A stretch of 64,000 nucleotides of DNA from a bacterium (GCA_021814165.1 JAKAIX010000002.1:5371-69370); one strand, 5' to 3'. Shown: positions 40,849 to 49,670, numbered from the stretch's first letter. Made by a program: numbers and translations. Notes: generated by a model from the sequence alone, not told the origin.

Positions 40849-42105
40849 CTACTCCCCCTTCGGCCGGGCTTCAAGCGTAACGGATAGGTCGAGCGTTTTG
40901 TCTCCTCTCTGCACCTTAAGCGTAATCGTGTCGCCAACGTTGTAACGCCCTACGAGATCGATAAGCGAGTGGTCCTGATCCACTCCCACCCCGTTCACCT
41001 CGAGCACGATGTCTTCCGCCTTGAGTCCCGCCTTCGCCGCCGGAGAATCGGGAATAACGGCCGGTCCGTTCCCCGATCCGCGGAGCAATGCGCCATGATC
41101 GGCGGCAAGCTTCTGCGAACTTGCCATATCGGAGGTGATTGCCATATAACGGACGCCCAGATACGGAGTTTTGATATCTCCCGTCGCTTTCACCGATCGT
41201 ATATCGCGTTTCGCCTGATTCACGGGTATCGCGAAACCGATGTTCTGGGCGCCGGAAGCGATCGCGGTATTAATACCGATAACTTCTCCCTGAAGATTCA
41301 GGAGCGGGCCGCCGGAATTTCCCGGATTGATTGCCGCATCGGTTTGAATAACTCCCTGGATTGTTTCGGAACCGATCGTATTCCCGGATGCGGTAATCGT
41401 TCTTTGAAGTCCCGAAATAACGCCCACCGAAACCGTGTTTCGGAATTCTCCCAGCGAATTTCCGATCGCGATTGCGGTCTGCCCGAGTTCCAGCGCATCG
41501 GAATCCCCGAGCTGTACTACGGGCAGATGTTCGGCGTCGATCTTCAAAACCGCGAGATCCTGCACCGGATCGCGGGCGAGTACTTTTGCGGGATATTTCT
41601 TCCCGCTATTCGTGAGCACCGTATAATCGGCGCTTGTGTCGCTCACGACGTGTTTGTTCGTGAGTATGAGCCCGTTCTCCGAGATGATGAACCCCGATCC
41701 GCCCCCGACCTCCTGATATTTCGTACCCTTTTCGCATGGTTGCGAAAATTGAGGTCCTTGTATGAAGAATCCTCTAAACTCCGGGGGAAGGTTTTCAAAG
41801 GGATCATAGGGGCAGTTTTCAATAACCGGCAGGTCCTTACTGATAACAATGGATACGACGGAAGGCGAAGCTTTTTTCACCGCGCTCACTACCGCCCGTT
41901 CGTAATCGACGGTAGGAGCATAGAGCGGCGGCGTGGTAGTTGAGACGCTGGCGGAAGGCTGCACGGTTTCCGTCGAACTTCCCTTGAGAAAGTTCCAGAT
42001 GTCGCCAAGGATGCTCGCGCGCGCGGAGCCCGCCGAGGCGAGCGATCCCGCGACTCCTCCCAAAAAACCGGCAATAAGAACTGCTACGAGAATCTTCTTC
42101 TGCAT
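40849..42105 (-). CDS. htrA: HtrA/DegP-family serine protease with one PDZ domain
   Basis: GSGFII, TNKHVV, DLAVLKI, TDAAINPGNSGGPL, PDZ. Confidence 0.93.
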   Translation of the reverse strand: MQKKILVAVLIAGFLGGVAGSLASAGSARASILGDIWNFLKGSSTETVQPSASVSTTTPPLYAPTVDYERAVVSAVKKASPSVVSIVISKDLPVIENCPYDPFENLPPEFRGFFIQGPQFSQPCEKGTKYQEVGGGSGFIISENGLILTNKHVVSDTSADYTVLTNSGKKYPAKVLARDPVQDLAVLKIDAEHLPVVQLGDSDALELGQTAIAIGNSLGEFRNTVSVGVISGLQRTITASGNTIGSETIQGVIQTDAAINPGNSGGPLLNLQGEVIGINTAIASGAQNIGFAIPVNQAKRDIRSVKATGDIKTPYLGVRYMAITSDMASSQKLAADHGALLRGSGNGPAVIPDSPAAKAGLKAEDIVLEVNGVGVDQDHSLIDLVGRYNVGDTITLKVQRGDKTLDLSVTLEARPKGE

Positions 42106-42208
42106 ACTACGCTGGAATTATGCGAAACACTTGATGATAGCAGGCGCGCGAACGGGCGATAATGAAACCGCCCTTCGCTCACCTTCATGATGTACTACTC
42201 TTTTCTCC

Positions 42209-43003
42209 CTATTTTATTTCGTATCGCAACGTCACAGTCACATTCACTTCCTGGGAACCCGGCTCGATCGCGGGAGCGGGCGCTGCTGCTTCGATTCCTC
42301 CCAAACCGCTCACCGTCGCTTTCATACTCCTCATATTATCGTAGTAGAGCGGACCGTACCCCGACTCATCAACCGAAAGAAGGCGTCCTATCGAAAAGCC
42401 CGCCGCGTCGGCGATCCCTTCCGCTTGCACCTTTGCTTTTTCTATCGCGTCGGCGCGCGCATCATTTTTCGCTTTTTCGGGATCATCGATCGTAAACTGG
42501 AGCTGGGAAACGGTGTTTGCGCCGTTCTTCACTACGCCCGAGAGAATGTCACCGATTTTCGAGAAATCCCGGATCTTCACGTCGACATTCTGGGTTACGG
42601 TATACCCTACGATCTCCGCCGGCGGACAGGGCTGGGCGCTCCCGCTTACATACTGCCCGCAATTGTAATACTGGTAGCGCGGGGTGATGGAATAGCCGCT
42701 CGTCTTCACGTCTTTTGCATTAACGCCGCTTGATTTCACGAAATCGATCGCGTTATTCATCTTCTCCGTGTTGGTCTTCTGAAGCGATCCGACGTCCTTT
42801 CCTCCCTCCGTCGTCACGCTGAAATTAAACTCGGCAACGTCGGGAACCGTGACCACTTTTCCCTGCGCAGTCACCGTGAAACTCCGGAACGACGAGGGCT
42901 CGACCGAAGCCGAGTAGGTATTCACGTAACTTAATGCCGCATAGGCACCGACCAAAAGCGCAATCGTCAGCGCAACGTACATATACGATTTCGATTTATC
43001 CAT
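42209..43003 (-). CDS. SIMPL-domain (DUF541) protein
   Basis: V.A.GKV...PD, AR.DAI.KAK..A..IA, IEPG...V.V.VT..YEI. Confidence 0.85.
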   Translation of the reverse strand: MDKSKSYMYVALTIALLVGAYAALSYVNTYSASVEPSSFRSFTVTAQGKVVTVPDVAEFNFSVTTEGGKDVGSLQKTNTEKMNNAIDFVKSSGVNAKDVKTSGYSITPRYQYYNCGQYVSGSAQPCPPAEIVGYTVTQNVDVKIRDFSKIGDILSGVVKNGANTVSQLQFTIDDPEKAKNDARADAIEKAKVQAEGIADAAGFSIGRLLSVDESGYGPLYYDNMRSMKATVSGLGGIEAAAPAPAIEPGSQEVNVTVTLRYEIK

Positions 43004-43056
43004 ATTTTCTATTCCTATATGTTATTTTTCTTCGACCGAAGAATTATAACATTTCG

Positions 43057-43148
43057 AATTTTCAATTTCCAATGGTCAATATTCAATCAATTTTTTAATT
43101 TGAGAATTTCAAAATTCACTGAAAATTGGAAATTGATAATCGAAAATT
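43057..43148. repeat. ~92-bp heptamer-periodic hairpin element, copy 4
   Basis: Same arms as the other copies; abuts the iscS stop codon. Confidence 0.85.
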
Positions 43149-44646
43149 ACTCTCCGAGCAATTTTTTTATTCTCCTCACCGCCTCCCTTATTTCCTGTCT
43201 CGTTGTCGGCACACCGAAGCTAAACCGTATGCTCCCGCGGATGCGTTCCGACGGAAGTCCCAACGCCTCAAGCACGTGGGAGGGAACGAACGAGCGAGCG
43301 CTGCACGCCGAACCCGAGGATGCGGCGATGCCCGCCATGTCCATCTTCACCAAGAGATCTCCGGCAAACTCCGTCGGGAAATAGGCGTTTATGATGTGCG
43401 GTGCCATAATTCCTGATTCCTTATTCCCGATTCTTAATTCATTATCACCGTTCATCGATGCCTGCGGATATATTTTTTTCAACTCTCTCCAGAAGTAGTT
43501 CCTGACCTCCGTCACTTGCTTTGCGTGTTTCGCGCGTCCCTTCTCCGCGAGCATGGCCGCATTCCCGAATCCTACAATCGCGGGAACATTTTCCGTTCCC
43601 GAACGGAACCCAAATTCCTGGCCGCCCCCCGTCACGAATGGAATTAGGAATTTTGAATTATGAATTATGGCTCCGTCACGTTTCACCCCTAATTCCTTAT
43701 TCCTAATTCCTGATTCCTGTCCCTTTATTCCTGATTCTTGATTCTTAACGAAGAGCGCGCCCGCTCCCTTCGGGCCGTAGATCTTCTGGGAGGATAACGT
43801 CATGAGGTCAACGCCGAGCCGTCCCACGTCGCACTTGAAATATTCGAACGCCTGGGCGGCATCCACATGCAGGAGCGGATATGCCTCTCCTGCAAATCCA
43901 AAATCCAAATGACCAATGTAAAATGGACGAATCGTCGGCTGATGTGCTTTTAACATTGTGCTTTCAGCTATTGATTTGGCATTCAGCGTTTGAAATTTGG
44001 CATTTCTAAAATTTCTGATGACTTCAGAAATTTTAGAAATTGGCTGTACGCTCCCTATCTCGTTATTCACGTACATAACGGACACGAGCACTGTCCGTTC
44101 ATCAAGCATCGTTTCGAGTTTTTTCAAATCAACAATTCCCCTCTTATCGACGGGAAGTACCGCAACTTCCACGCCGTCCTTCTCGAGGGCGTACGCGGTA
44201 TCCAGCACCGACTCGTGTTCAATCGCCGAGACGATAACCTTTGGACGAAAGCCACGAGTTATACTTCCCTTCCGTCGCCCCCCTAATTCCTTATTCCCTG
44301 CCTGCCTGCGCAGGCAGGCCTGCGCAGGCAGGTTTATTCCTGACTCCCGTCCTCTTATTCCTGATTCCCATTCCCTGGTTCCGAAAACAACACCGCGGAG
44401 TGCGAGGTTGTTTGCCTCGGTTGCGCCCGAGGTGAATATTACTTCACGAAATTCCGCATGGATCGCTTTCGCGATCGTCTCCCGTGCGGCATCGATCGCC
44501 GCAATCGCCTCCTGTCCGAATGAATGCAATGATCCGGGGTTCCCGAATGTATCCGAGAAGTACGGTTCCATCACGCGCTTTACTTCCCGCAGAACGGGCG
44601 TGGAGGCGGCGTAATCTAAATAAATCTTCAGAGATTGTTTCTTCAT
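43147..44646 (-). CDS. iscS: Cysteine desulfurase (IscS/NifS) carrying four repeat-derived in-frame insertions
   Basis: YLDYAASTP, FTSGATEANN, IEHESV, SSQKIYGPKG, RSGTEN, SSGSACS. Confidence 0.9.
   Translation of the reverse strand: MKKQSLKIYLDYAASTPVLREVKRVMEPYFSDTFGNPGSLHSFGQEAIAAIDAARETIAKAIHAEFREVIFTSGATEANNLALRGVVFGTREWESGIRGRESGINLPAQACLRRQAGNKELGGRRKGSITRGFRPKVIVSAIEHESVLDTAYALEKDGVEVAVLPVDKRGIVDLKKLETMLDERTVLVSVMYVNNEIGSVQPISKISEVIRNFRNAKFQTLNAKSIAESTMLKAHQPTIRPFYIGHLDFGFAGEAYPLLHVDAAQAFEYFKCDVGRLGVDLMTLSSQKIYGPKGAGALFVKNQESGIKGQESGIRNKELGVKRDGAIIHNSKFLIPFVTGGGQEFGFRSGTENVPAIVGFGNAAMLAEKGRAKHAKQVTEVRNYFWRELKKIYPQASMNGDNELRIGNKESGIMAPHIINAYFPTEFAGDLLVKMDMAGIAASSGSACSARSFVPSHVLEALGLPSERIRGSIRFSFGVPTTRQEIREAVRRIKKLLGE
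44297..44332. repeat. Two nested copies of the 18-bp palindrome CCTGCCTGCGCAGGCAGG inside iscS
   Basis: CCTG[CCTGCCTGCGCAGGCAGG]CCTGCGCAGGCAGG. Confidence 0.85.
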
Positions 44647-44694
44647 TTTTTCGTTACCCTTAGACACCAAACAAAGAAGATGATTGCCCTCTAT

Positions 44695-44833
44695 AAAATC
44701 CTAAACTCAAAATCCTAAATCCTAAACAATTACCAAAAAATAAAAACCCGGATATCCGAAACACGGGTTTTCGAAATTCGAATTTCTGTCATTGAAATTT
44801 GTTTAGAGTTTAGCGCTTAGGGTTTAGGATTTT
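44695..44833. repeat. ~139-bp heptamer-periodic hairpin element (AAATCCT variant)
   Basis: AAAATCCTAAACTCAAAATCCTAAATCCTAAACAA...TTGTTTAGAGTTTAGCGCTTAGGGTTTAGGATTTT. Confidence 0.8.
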
Positions 44834-44844
44834 CCCATCCCCTT

Positions 44845-45324
44845 TTACTCTTCTTTCTTCGTCTCCTTGTCAATAAATCTGTTAATGCTCGGCAAGCGGG
44901 AGATCCAAAGCGTTACGCTCATGCCGAGCGCGGCAATTACCGCAAACTCCAGGAGCCCTATCCCGCACAACACCCCGATCGCGGCGACGAACCAAATCGT
45001 GGCCGCGGTGGTGAGTCCGCGCACGTGTACCCCCTGTTTCACGATAATCCCGGCTCCCAAGAATCCCACTCCCACGATCACATTCGCGATAACCGCAAAG
45101 AAACCGCTGTTCCTCGCGATGATATCGGTGAGGTGCGTCGGAGAAAACGCGACGAGATACGGGAGGGACATTCCCACGATCGAAAAGATTGCAGCACCCG
45201 CGGCGACCATCATGTCGGTTCGGAGTCCCGCTTCCTTCCCCGCGAACTGCCGCTCGACACCCATAATGAGCCCGAGGAGTGCGGCGAGCGCGAGACGGAT
45301 AAGCATTTGTTCGAGAGTTAACAT
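44845..45324 (-). CDS. MgtC/SapB family membrane protein
   Basis: G.ER...K.AGLRT, GVGFLGAG.I, GLTTAATIW. Confidence 0.9.
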   Translation of the reverse strand: MLTLEQMLIRLALAALLGLIMGVERQFAGKEAGLRTDMMVAAGAAIFSIVGMSLPYLVAFSPTHLTDIIARNSGFFAVIANVIVGVGFLGAGIIVKQGVHVRGLTTAATIWFVAAIGVLCGIGLLEFAVIAALGMSVTLWISRLPSINRFIDKETKKEE

Positions 45325-45335
45325 GATTTCATTAT

Positions 45336-45427
45336 AATGCTCAATTTCCAATGATCAATTTTCAATCAATTTTTTAATTCGAAAATTTTAAAATCGACTG
45401 AAAATCGGAAATTGATAATTGAAAATT
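45336..45427. repeat. ~92-bp heptamer-periodic hairpin element, copy 5
   Basis: CAATTTCCAATGATCAATTTTCAAT...CTGAAAATCGGAAATTGATAATTGAAAATT. Confidence 0.85.
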
Positions 45428-45431
45428 CTCG

Positions 45432-46007
45432 CTATTTGTATTTCGGGTTTTTCTCTTTCACGCGAAGCACGTAGTTCGCAAAACGGGCAAGCGCGAAGAG
45501 TGCGCTTGAAAGACGGTTCATAAACTGAAGGAATTCCTTCGAGAACGCCGCACGTTTTCCGAACGCGACCGCGGAACGTTCCGCACGACGGGAAATCGCC
45601 CGCGCAATATCGAGCATGGCGGAAAGCTCGCTTCCTCCCGGCAGCACAAAATTGCGGAGCGTGGGGAGTATGGCGTCGATTTTTTGTATCGCGTGCTCGA
45701 GCCGCGCCGTCTTCGCTTCCGTGATGCGCGGAATAGCTTTCATCGAGTAAGAAAACCCGACTGCGGCGGCTTCCGCCTGCGCGATAAAAAGATCTTCCTG
45801 CAGATGTTCGAGCGACTCGAATATCAGCGATCCCGCTTTTTTCTTCGAGAGCGTTTTCTTCGCCTCAACCGCACAAAGCCCGATCCATGAATTCAATTCA
45901 TCCAGATTTCCGAGAAGCTCAAAAAGCGCATCGTCCTTCCCGATACGTTTGTTGCCGAAGGCGCTTTGTCCTTTGTCCCCATGCCCTGTGAAAAATCGCG
46001 TTTTCAT
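45432..46007 (-). CDS. pduO: PduO-type cob(I)alamin adenosyltransferase
   Basis: T..GD.G, G.LDELNS..G, FVLPGG, R..SRRAER, NRLS. Confidence 0.85.
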   Translation of the reverse strand: MKTRFFTGHGDKGQSAFGNKRIGKDDALFELLGNLDELNSWIGLCAVEAKKTLSKKKAGSLIFESLEHLQEDLFIAQAEAAAVGFSYSMKAIPRITEAKTARLEHAIQKIDAILPTLRNFVLPGGSELSAMLDIARAISRRAERSAVAFGKRAAFSKEFLQFMNRLSSALFALARFANYVLRVKEKNPKYK

Positions 46008-46046
46008 GATCCTTTTAATTATAACATTCCGCCCTCACTATAACTC

Positions 46047-46131
46047 TCTCTGTGCCGCACCTTCCCGAACGAGGGTAAGACTTGGCCAAGCGGCCCGGAG
46101 CGCCCGAGTGAAGGAAGGTGCGGCACAGAGA
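46047..46131 (+). repeat. 85-nt hairpin: 19-bp perfect stem around a 45-nt core shared with 37139..37223
   Basis: TCTCTGTGCCGCACCTTCC / GGAAGGTGCGGCACAGAGA arms. Confidence 0.85.
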
Positions 46132-46171
46132 CCTACCATCTCCCACTCCTTTCTGTTATTTTGAAAGAGAC

Positions 46172-46852
46172 ATGGATAAGAACGGCAAGTTCTTCGTGAT
46201 CGAGGGACCCGACGGAAGCGGAAAGACGGAGCAATTCAAGCTCCTCGCCGCGCGGCTTCCGCGCGAGGGATACCCCGTCGTAACGTTCGATTTTCCCCGA
46301 TACGATCGGGAATCCTCTTTCTTCGTGCGCGAATATCTGAACGGGGTATACGGCGGATGGCGGGACGTGGGACCGCGAAAGGCGTCGATCTTCTATGCGC
46401 TGGACCGGTTCGATGCGGCGCCGGAAATACGCGAAGCAAAGGCGCGCGGGGCTATAGTGCTCTCGAACAGATATGTCGCTTCGAATCTCGGTCATCAGGG
46501 AGCGAAACTCCCGACCTCGGAACAAAAAGATTTTTTTGAATGGGATTACCGCTTCGAGTTTTCCGAGCTCGGCATTCCCCATCCCGATCTGAATATCATT
46601 CTTCACGTGCCCGCGGAAGTCTCGTTCAAACTCATCGAGAAAAAAGGAAGGCGCGAGTATCTAAAGGGTGCGCGAAAAGACGTTCACGAAGAGGATATCG
46701 AACATTTGAAGGCCGCCGAAGAGGCATATCTCTTCATGGCAAAACTCTGGCCCGAGGAATACACGGTGATCGAGTGCGCGGAGAACGGGAAGCTCTTTTC
46801 CATCCAGGATATCCACGAACTGATCTGGGAAGCGGTGCGCAAAAAGTTCTGA
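46172..46852 (+). CDS. tmk: Thymidylate kinase
   Basis: FVIEG.DGSGK, FPRY, YALDRF, NRYV.SN, PDL.I.L. Confidence 0.88.
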   Translation: MDKNGKFFVIEGPDGSGKTEQFKLLAARLPREGYPVVTFDFPRYDRESSFFVREYLNGVYGGWRDVGPRKASIFYALDRFDAAPEIREAKARGAIVLSNRYVASNLGHQGAKLPTSEQKDFFEWDYRFEFSELGIPHPDLNIILHVPAEVSFKLIEKKGRREYLKGARKDVHEEDIEHLKAAEEAYLFMAKLWPEEYTVIECAENGKLFSIQDIHELIWEAVRKKF

Positions 46853-46868
46853 GGGAGCGTCGGCTTCG

Positions 46869-47870
46869 TCAGTGGATTATACGATCCGCTCTATCCAAAA
46901 GACCTTCGGGTACCGTGATGCCTGCCTTCTGCGCTGCGCGGTAATTCACTTCCAGGAGACTTTCCGCAGACACGACGGGAATGGTGCCTGCGGGAATTCC
47001 CCGCAAGATCTTATCCGCCAGAGCGGCCGCCTGTTTGCCTACGTAATTGGTATTGATGGAGATGCCAAACACCGATTCATAACCGCCGACTGCCATAAGA
47101 GTTCCCCCGATGGGGATGTTTCGCTCGCTCGCGAATTCGCCCATCACTTCGAATGAATCCGGAGTCACCGCAAGCGGCTCGGAAATGAGCAATATCGCGT
47201 CCGGACTCTCTTTTTTTGACTGTACAAGCGACTGGAATTCGGTTCGAAGTTCCGCGGCGCTGGAAGCGGGGATATCGGTAAGTGCGACGCCCGCGGCGGC
47301 GATTGCGGGCCGCAATGCCTTGAGCTGGCTTTCCATAATCGAATAACCCCTCTGATACGGTATCCATATGCGTTTCATTTTCGGAACCAATTCATGCATA
47401 ACCTCGAAACGCCTGAGCGACAGATCGGGTCCCGGATACCGCACGCCCGTGATATTGCCGCCTGGTTCCGTAACGCTTTGTACGAGATTTACTCCCTCGA
47501 TATTCGCGTTCCCGAACACGACGGGGATTCCCGTTCCCTCGGTAACCTTTTTTGCGAGGATGGATGCTTCGGTAGGAAACACGAAAATAAGATCAACCTT
47601 GTCGGCGACGAACTTATAAAGAATGCGGCTGTAAGCGGTTTCGTCGAAATTGGTTTTCCATTCGTCGTACCGGACGTTTTTCCCCTCCGCATACCCGAGT
47701 TCCCGCATTCCCTCCTTGAATCCTTCCGCGGTGTCGGAAAAAAAATCGAGACCCGAAAGAATCCCGATACGGTAAACTTTCTCCGTCTCTTGGGAGGTAG
47801 CAAGAAAGTAAATGCCGGCGGCCACCAGAAGTACCGTTATTATCGCTCCAACCGCGAGCTTTCTACTCAT
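46869..47870 (-). CDS. ABC transporter substrate-binding protein (ABC_sub_bind type)
   Basis: N-terminal TM, IPVVF, PGGNITG, G.QAA.LADKILRG....IPV. Confidence 0.85.
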   Translation of the reverse strand: MSRKLAVGAIITVLLVAAGIYFLATSQETEKVYRIGILSGLDFFSDTAEGFKEGMRELGYAEGKNVRYDEWKTNFDETAYSRILYKFVADKVDLIFVFPTEASILAKKVTEGTGIPVVFGNANIEGVNLVQSVTEPGGNITGVRYPGPDLSLRRFEVMHELVPKMKRIWIPYQRGYSIMESQLKALRPAIAAAGVALTDIPASSAAELRTEFQSLVQSKKESPDAILLISEPLAVTPDSFEVMGEFASERNIPIGGTLMAVGGYESVFGISINTNYVGKQAAALADKILRGIPAGTIPVVSAESLLEVNYRAAQKAGITVPEGLLDRADRIIH

Positions 47871-48000
47871 ATAACTTCATTATAACAGACACCTTTATGA
47901 GAGAGTTAAAATACCAAGACACACGCAAAAAAGGGATGCCCCGCTTTCGGGCGGGACACTGAATTTTGCAGTCGCTCGCGCGCTCGCGAGCGAAATTCGT

Positions 48001-48073
48001 GGGTGCCTAACGGGAATTGAACCCGTATACTCCGCTCCACAGGCGGATGCTCTACCATTGAGCTATAGGCACC
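48001..48073 (-). tRNA. tRNA-His(GTG)
   Basis: Cloverleaf GGTGCCTA..TCCGC-CTGTGGA-GCGGA..GTTCAATTC..TAGGCACC with encoded G-1. Confidence 0.92.
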
Positions 48074-48143
48074 ATACGTCCTCCGGAAATCCTACCTCAT
48101 CCGCCGATTATTTGAAAGTAAAGCGGATATTTGGGAAGATAAA

Positions 48144-48875
48144 ATGGCTATGAATCGCTACATCACCACATTAAAGGGCGCGAGCGTCGTCGCTCGGGAC
48201 ACCATGGCGTTCGTGCTCAAACGTCCCGAGGGGTTCTTATTTATACCGGGACAGCATATCGATGTCGAACTTATCAATCCCGAAAAAACCGACGCCGAGG
48301 GGGCGATACGCACATTCTCGATTGCGAGCGCGGCGATAGAACCGGATCTCATGGTCGCGACTCGCATGCGCGATACGGCGTTCAAAAACGTCATCAGGAC
48401 TCTCCCGCCCGGCGCCGAGATTATGATCGACGGACCATACGGAGACATGATTCTTCAATCAAATACCGAACGCCCCGCGGTATTTCTTGCGGGCGGCATC
48501 GGCATCGCGCCGTTCCGGAGCATCGCGGTCGAAGCGGCGCGGAAAAAACTGCCTCATACTATTTTCCTTTTTTATTCGAACCGCGCGCCGGAGGATGCGC
48601 CGTTTCTCAATGAGATGCGGGAGCTCGAGAGAGAAAATCCGCGGTATCGCATCATCTGCACCATGACCGGATCGAACAATGGAAAAACTTCATGGCAAGG
48701 AGAAACGGGTTATATTACGAAGGAAATGATTCTAAGATATTGTTCGGATATCCCTTCTCCCGTCTATTATCTTGCGGGACCGCCGGAAATGGTAAGCGCA
48801 ATGCACACCATGCTCCTTTACACGATGGGCGTAAGCGAGGATGATATCCGTATAGAGGAGTTTTCCGGCTATTAA
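48144..48875 (+). CDS. Ferredoxin-NADP reductase-like FAD/NAD-binding oxidoreductase
   Basis: F.PGQ, R.FSIAS, GPYG, AGGIGIAP, GPP.MV, E.F.GY. Confidence 0.88.
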   Translation: MAMNRYITTLKGASVVARDTMAFVLKRPEGFLFIPGQHIDVELINPEKTDAEGAIRTFSIASAAIEPDLMVATRMRDTAFKNVIRTLPPGAEIMIDGPYGDMILQSNTERPAVFLAGGIGIAPFRSIAVEAARKKLPHTIFLFYSNRAPEDAPFLNEMRELERENPRYRIICTMTGSNNGKTSWQGETGYITKEMILRYCSDIPSPVYYLAGPPEMVSAMHTMLLYTMGVSEDDIRIEEFSGY

Positions 48876-48879
48876 CACT

Positions 48880-49542
48880 ATGAGTGGCGTTTTAGATTCG
48901 TTAGGACAACTTGTGGTCCAATATCCCGCGTGGAGCCATTGGATTATCGCCGCGGGAATGTTGCTTCAAGGCGAAGTCACCATTTTCGTTTCGATGTACC
49001 TTATCAGCAACCATTCCTTGAGATGGATTGATTTCATCATACCGGCGCTCGGCTCCATCTTTGCGGCGGACTATTTCCTTTTCTTCCTCGGGAGGGTACT
49101 GCGCACCACCAGATTCGGATGGAAATTTTACCGGAGGATAAAACCGAAGAAACGAACCCAGTTCTACCTCTACTACATCCGCGAAAACCTGAATAAACTC
49201 ATTCTCCTCTCCAAATTCCTCCTCGGAGCGAATATTATCCTCATTCTCGCGATAGGGTGGGCTCGCACGAAATTCACTCGTTTCATGCGGTCTCATTTTT
49301 TGAGCGTCACGCTGTGGTTCACCGCGATGATTCTCGTCGCATATTCCCTCTCGTCGGGACTCTATTATCTGAGATCGACAAAAACCTTCAAGCAGGTTGA
49401 GATCATACTGGCCATCCTCGTGCTTTTCGTGTTCTTCGGTGAATATCTCCTGAAGAAAATACTCGGAAAACGCATCGGTTTTGACGAAACGTCAAAACAA
49501 CTGAATGAGTTTTCTTCGGAAGAAGAGGAAAAGAAATCGTGA
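48880..49542 (+). CDS. DedA-like membrane protein
   Basis: Hydrophobic; GE, AD...F.LGR, SKF..G pattern. Confidence 0.6.
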   Translation: MSGVLDSLGQLVVQYPAWSHWIIAAGMLLQGEVTIFVSMYLISNHSLRWIDFIIPALGSIFAADYFLFFLGRVLRTTRFGWKFYRRIKPKKRTQFYLYYIRENLNKLILLSKFLLGANIILILAIGWARTKFTRFMRSHFLSVTLWFTAMILVAYSLSSGLYYLRSTKTFKQVEIILAILVLFVFFGEYLLKKILGKRIGFDETSKQLNEFSSEEEEKKS

Positions 49543-49552
49543 TTATCCGGCG

Positions 49553-49670
49553 CTAAAGCCGATCGATTTTCGCGGCGAGAACCCCGCACTAAAACAAACG
49601 CTGCACTTTGCGGCTACCGCCGAAGTGAACGAGTAGCGTTTGTTTAGTGATGGGGCAGGTAAAATCGTTT
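49553..49670 (-). pseudogene. Relic duplicate 3' end of phhB (NDFILAAKIDRL*), interrupted by a 78-bp hairpin
   Basis: Joining 49660..49670 to 49553..49581 gives A AAC GAT TTT ATT CTC GCC GCG AAA ATC GAT CGG CTT TAG. Confidence 0.75.
49582..49659. repeat. 78-bp palindromic element (CCCCGCACTAAA...TTTAGTGATGGGGCAGG)
   Basis: Long imperfect stem with an inner hairpin. Confidence 0.75.

Noticed and set aside
28970-45427. CRISPR array interpretation of the AT-rich repeats
   Set aside because: The copies are dispersed kilobases apart, there is no repeat-spacer periodicity, and there are no cas genes.
46047-46131. SRP (4.5S) RNA
   Set aside because: It is a long hairpin containing GAAGGAAG, but it lacks the conserved CAGG..GNRA..AGCAG domain IV, and its core is duplicated elsewhere.
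46983-46998. GGTGCCTGCGGGAATT resembling the tRNA-His 3' end (possible attR)
   Set aside because: The match is gapped and lies within conserved coding sequence (GIPAGT), so it is likely chance.
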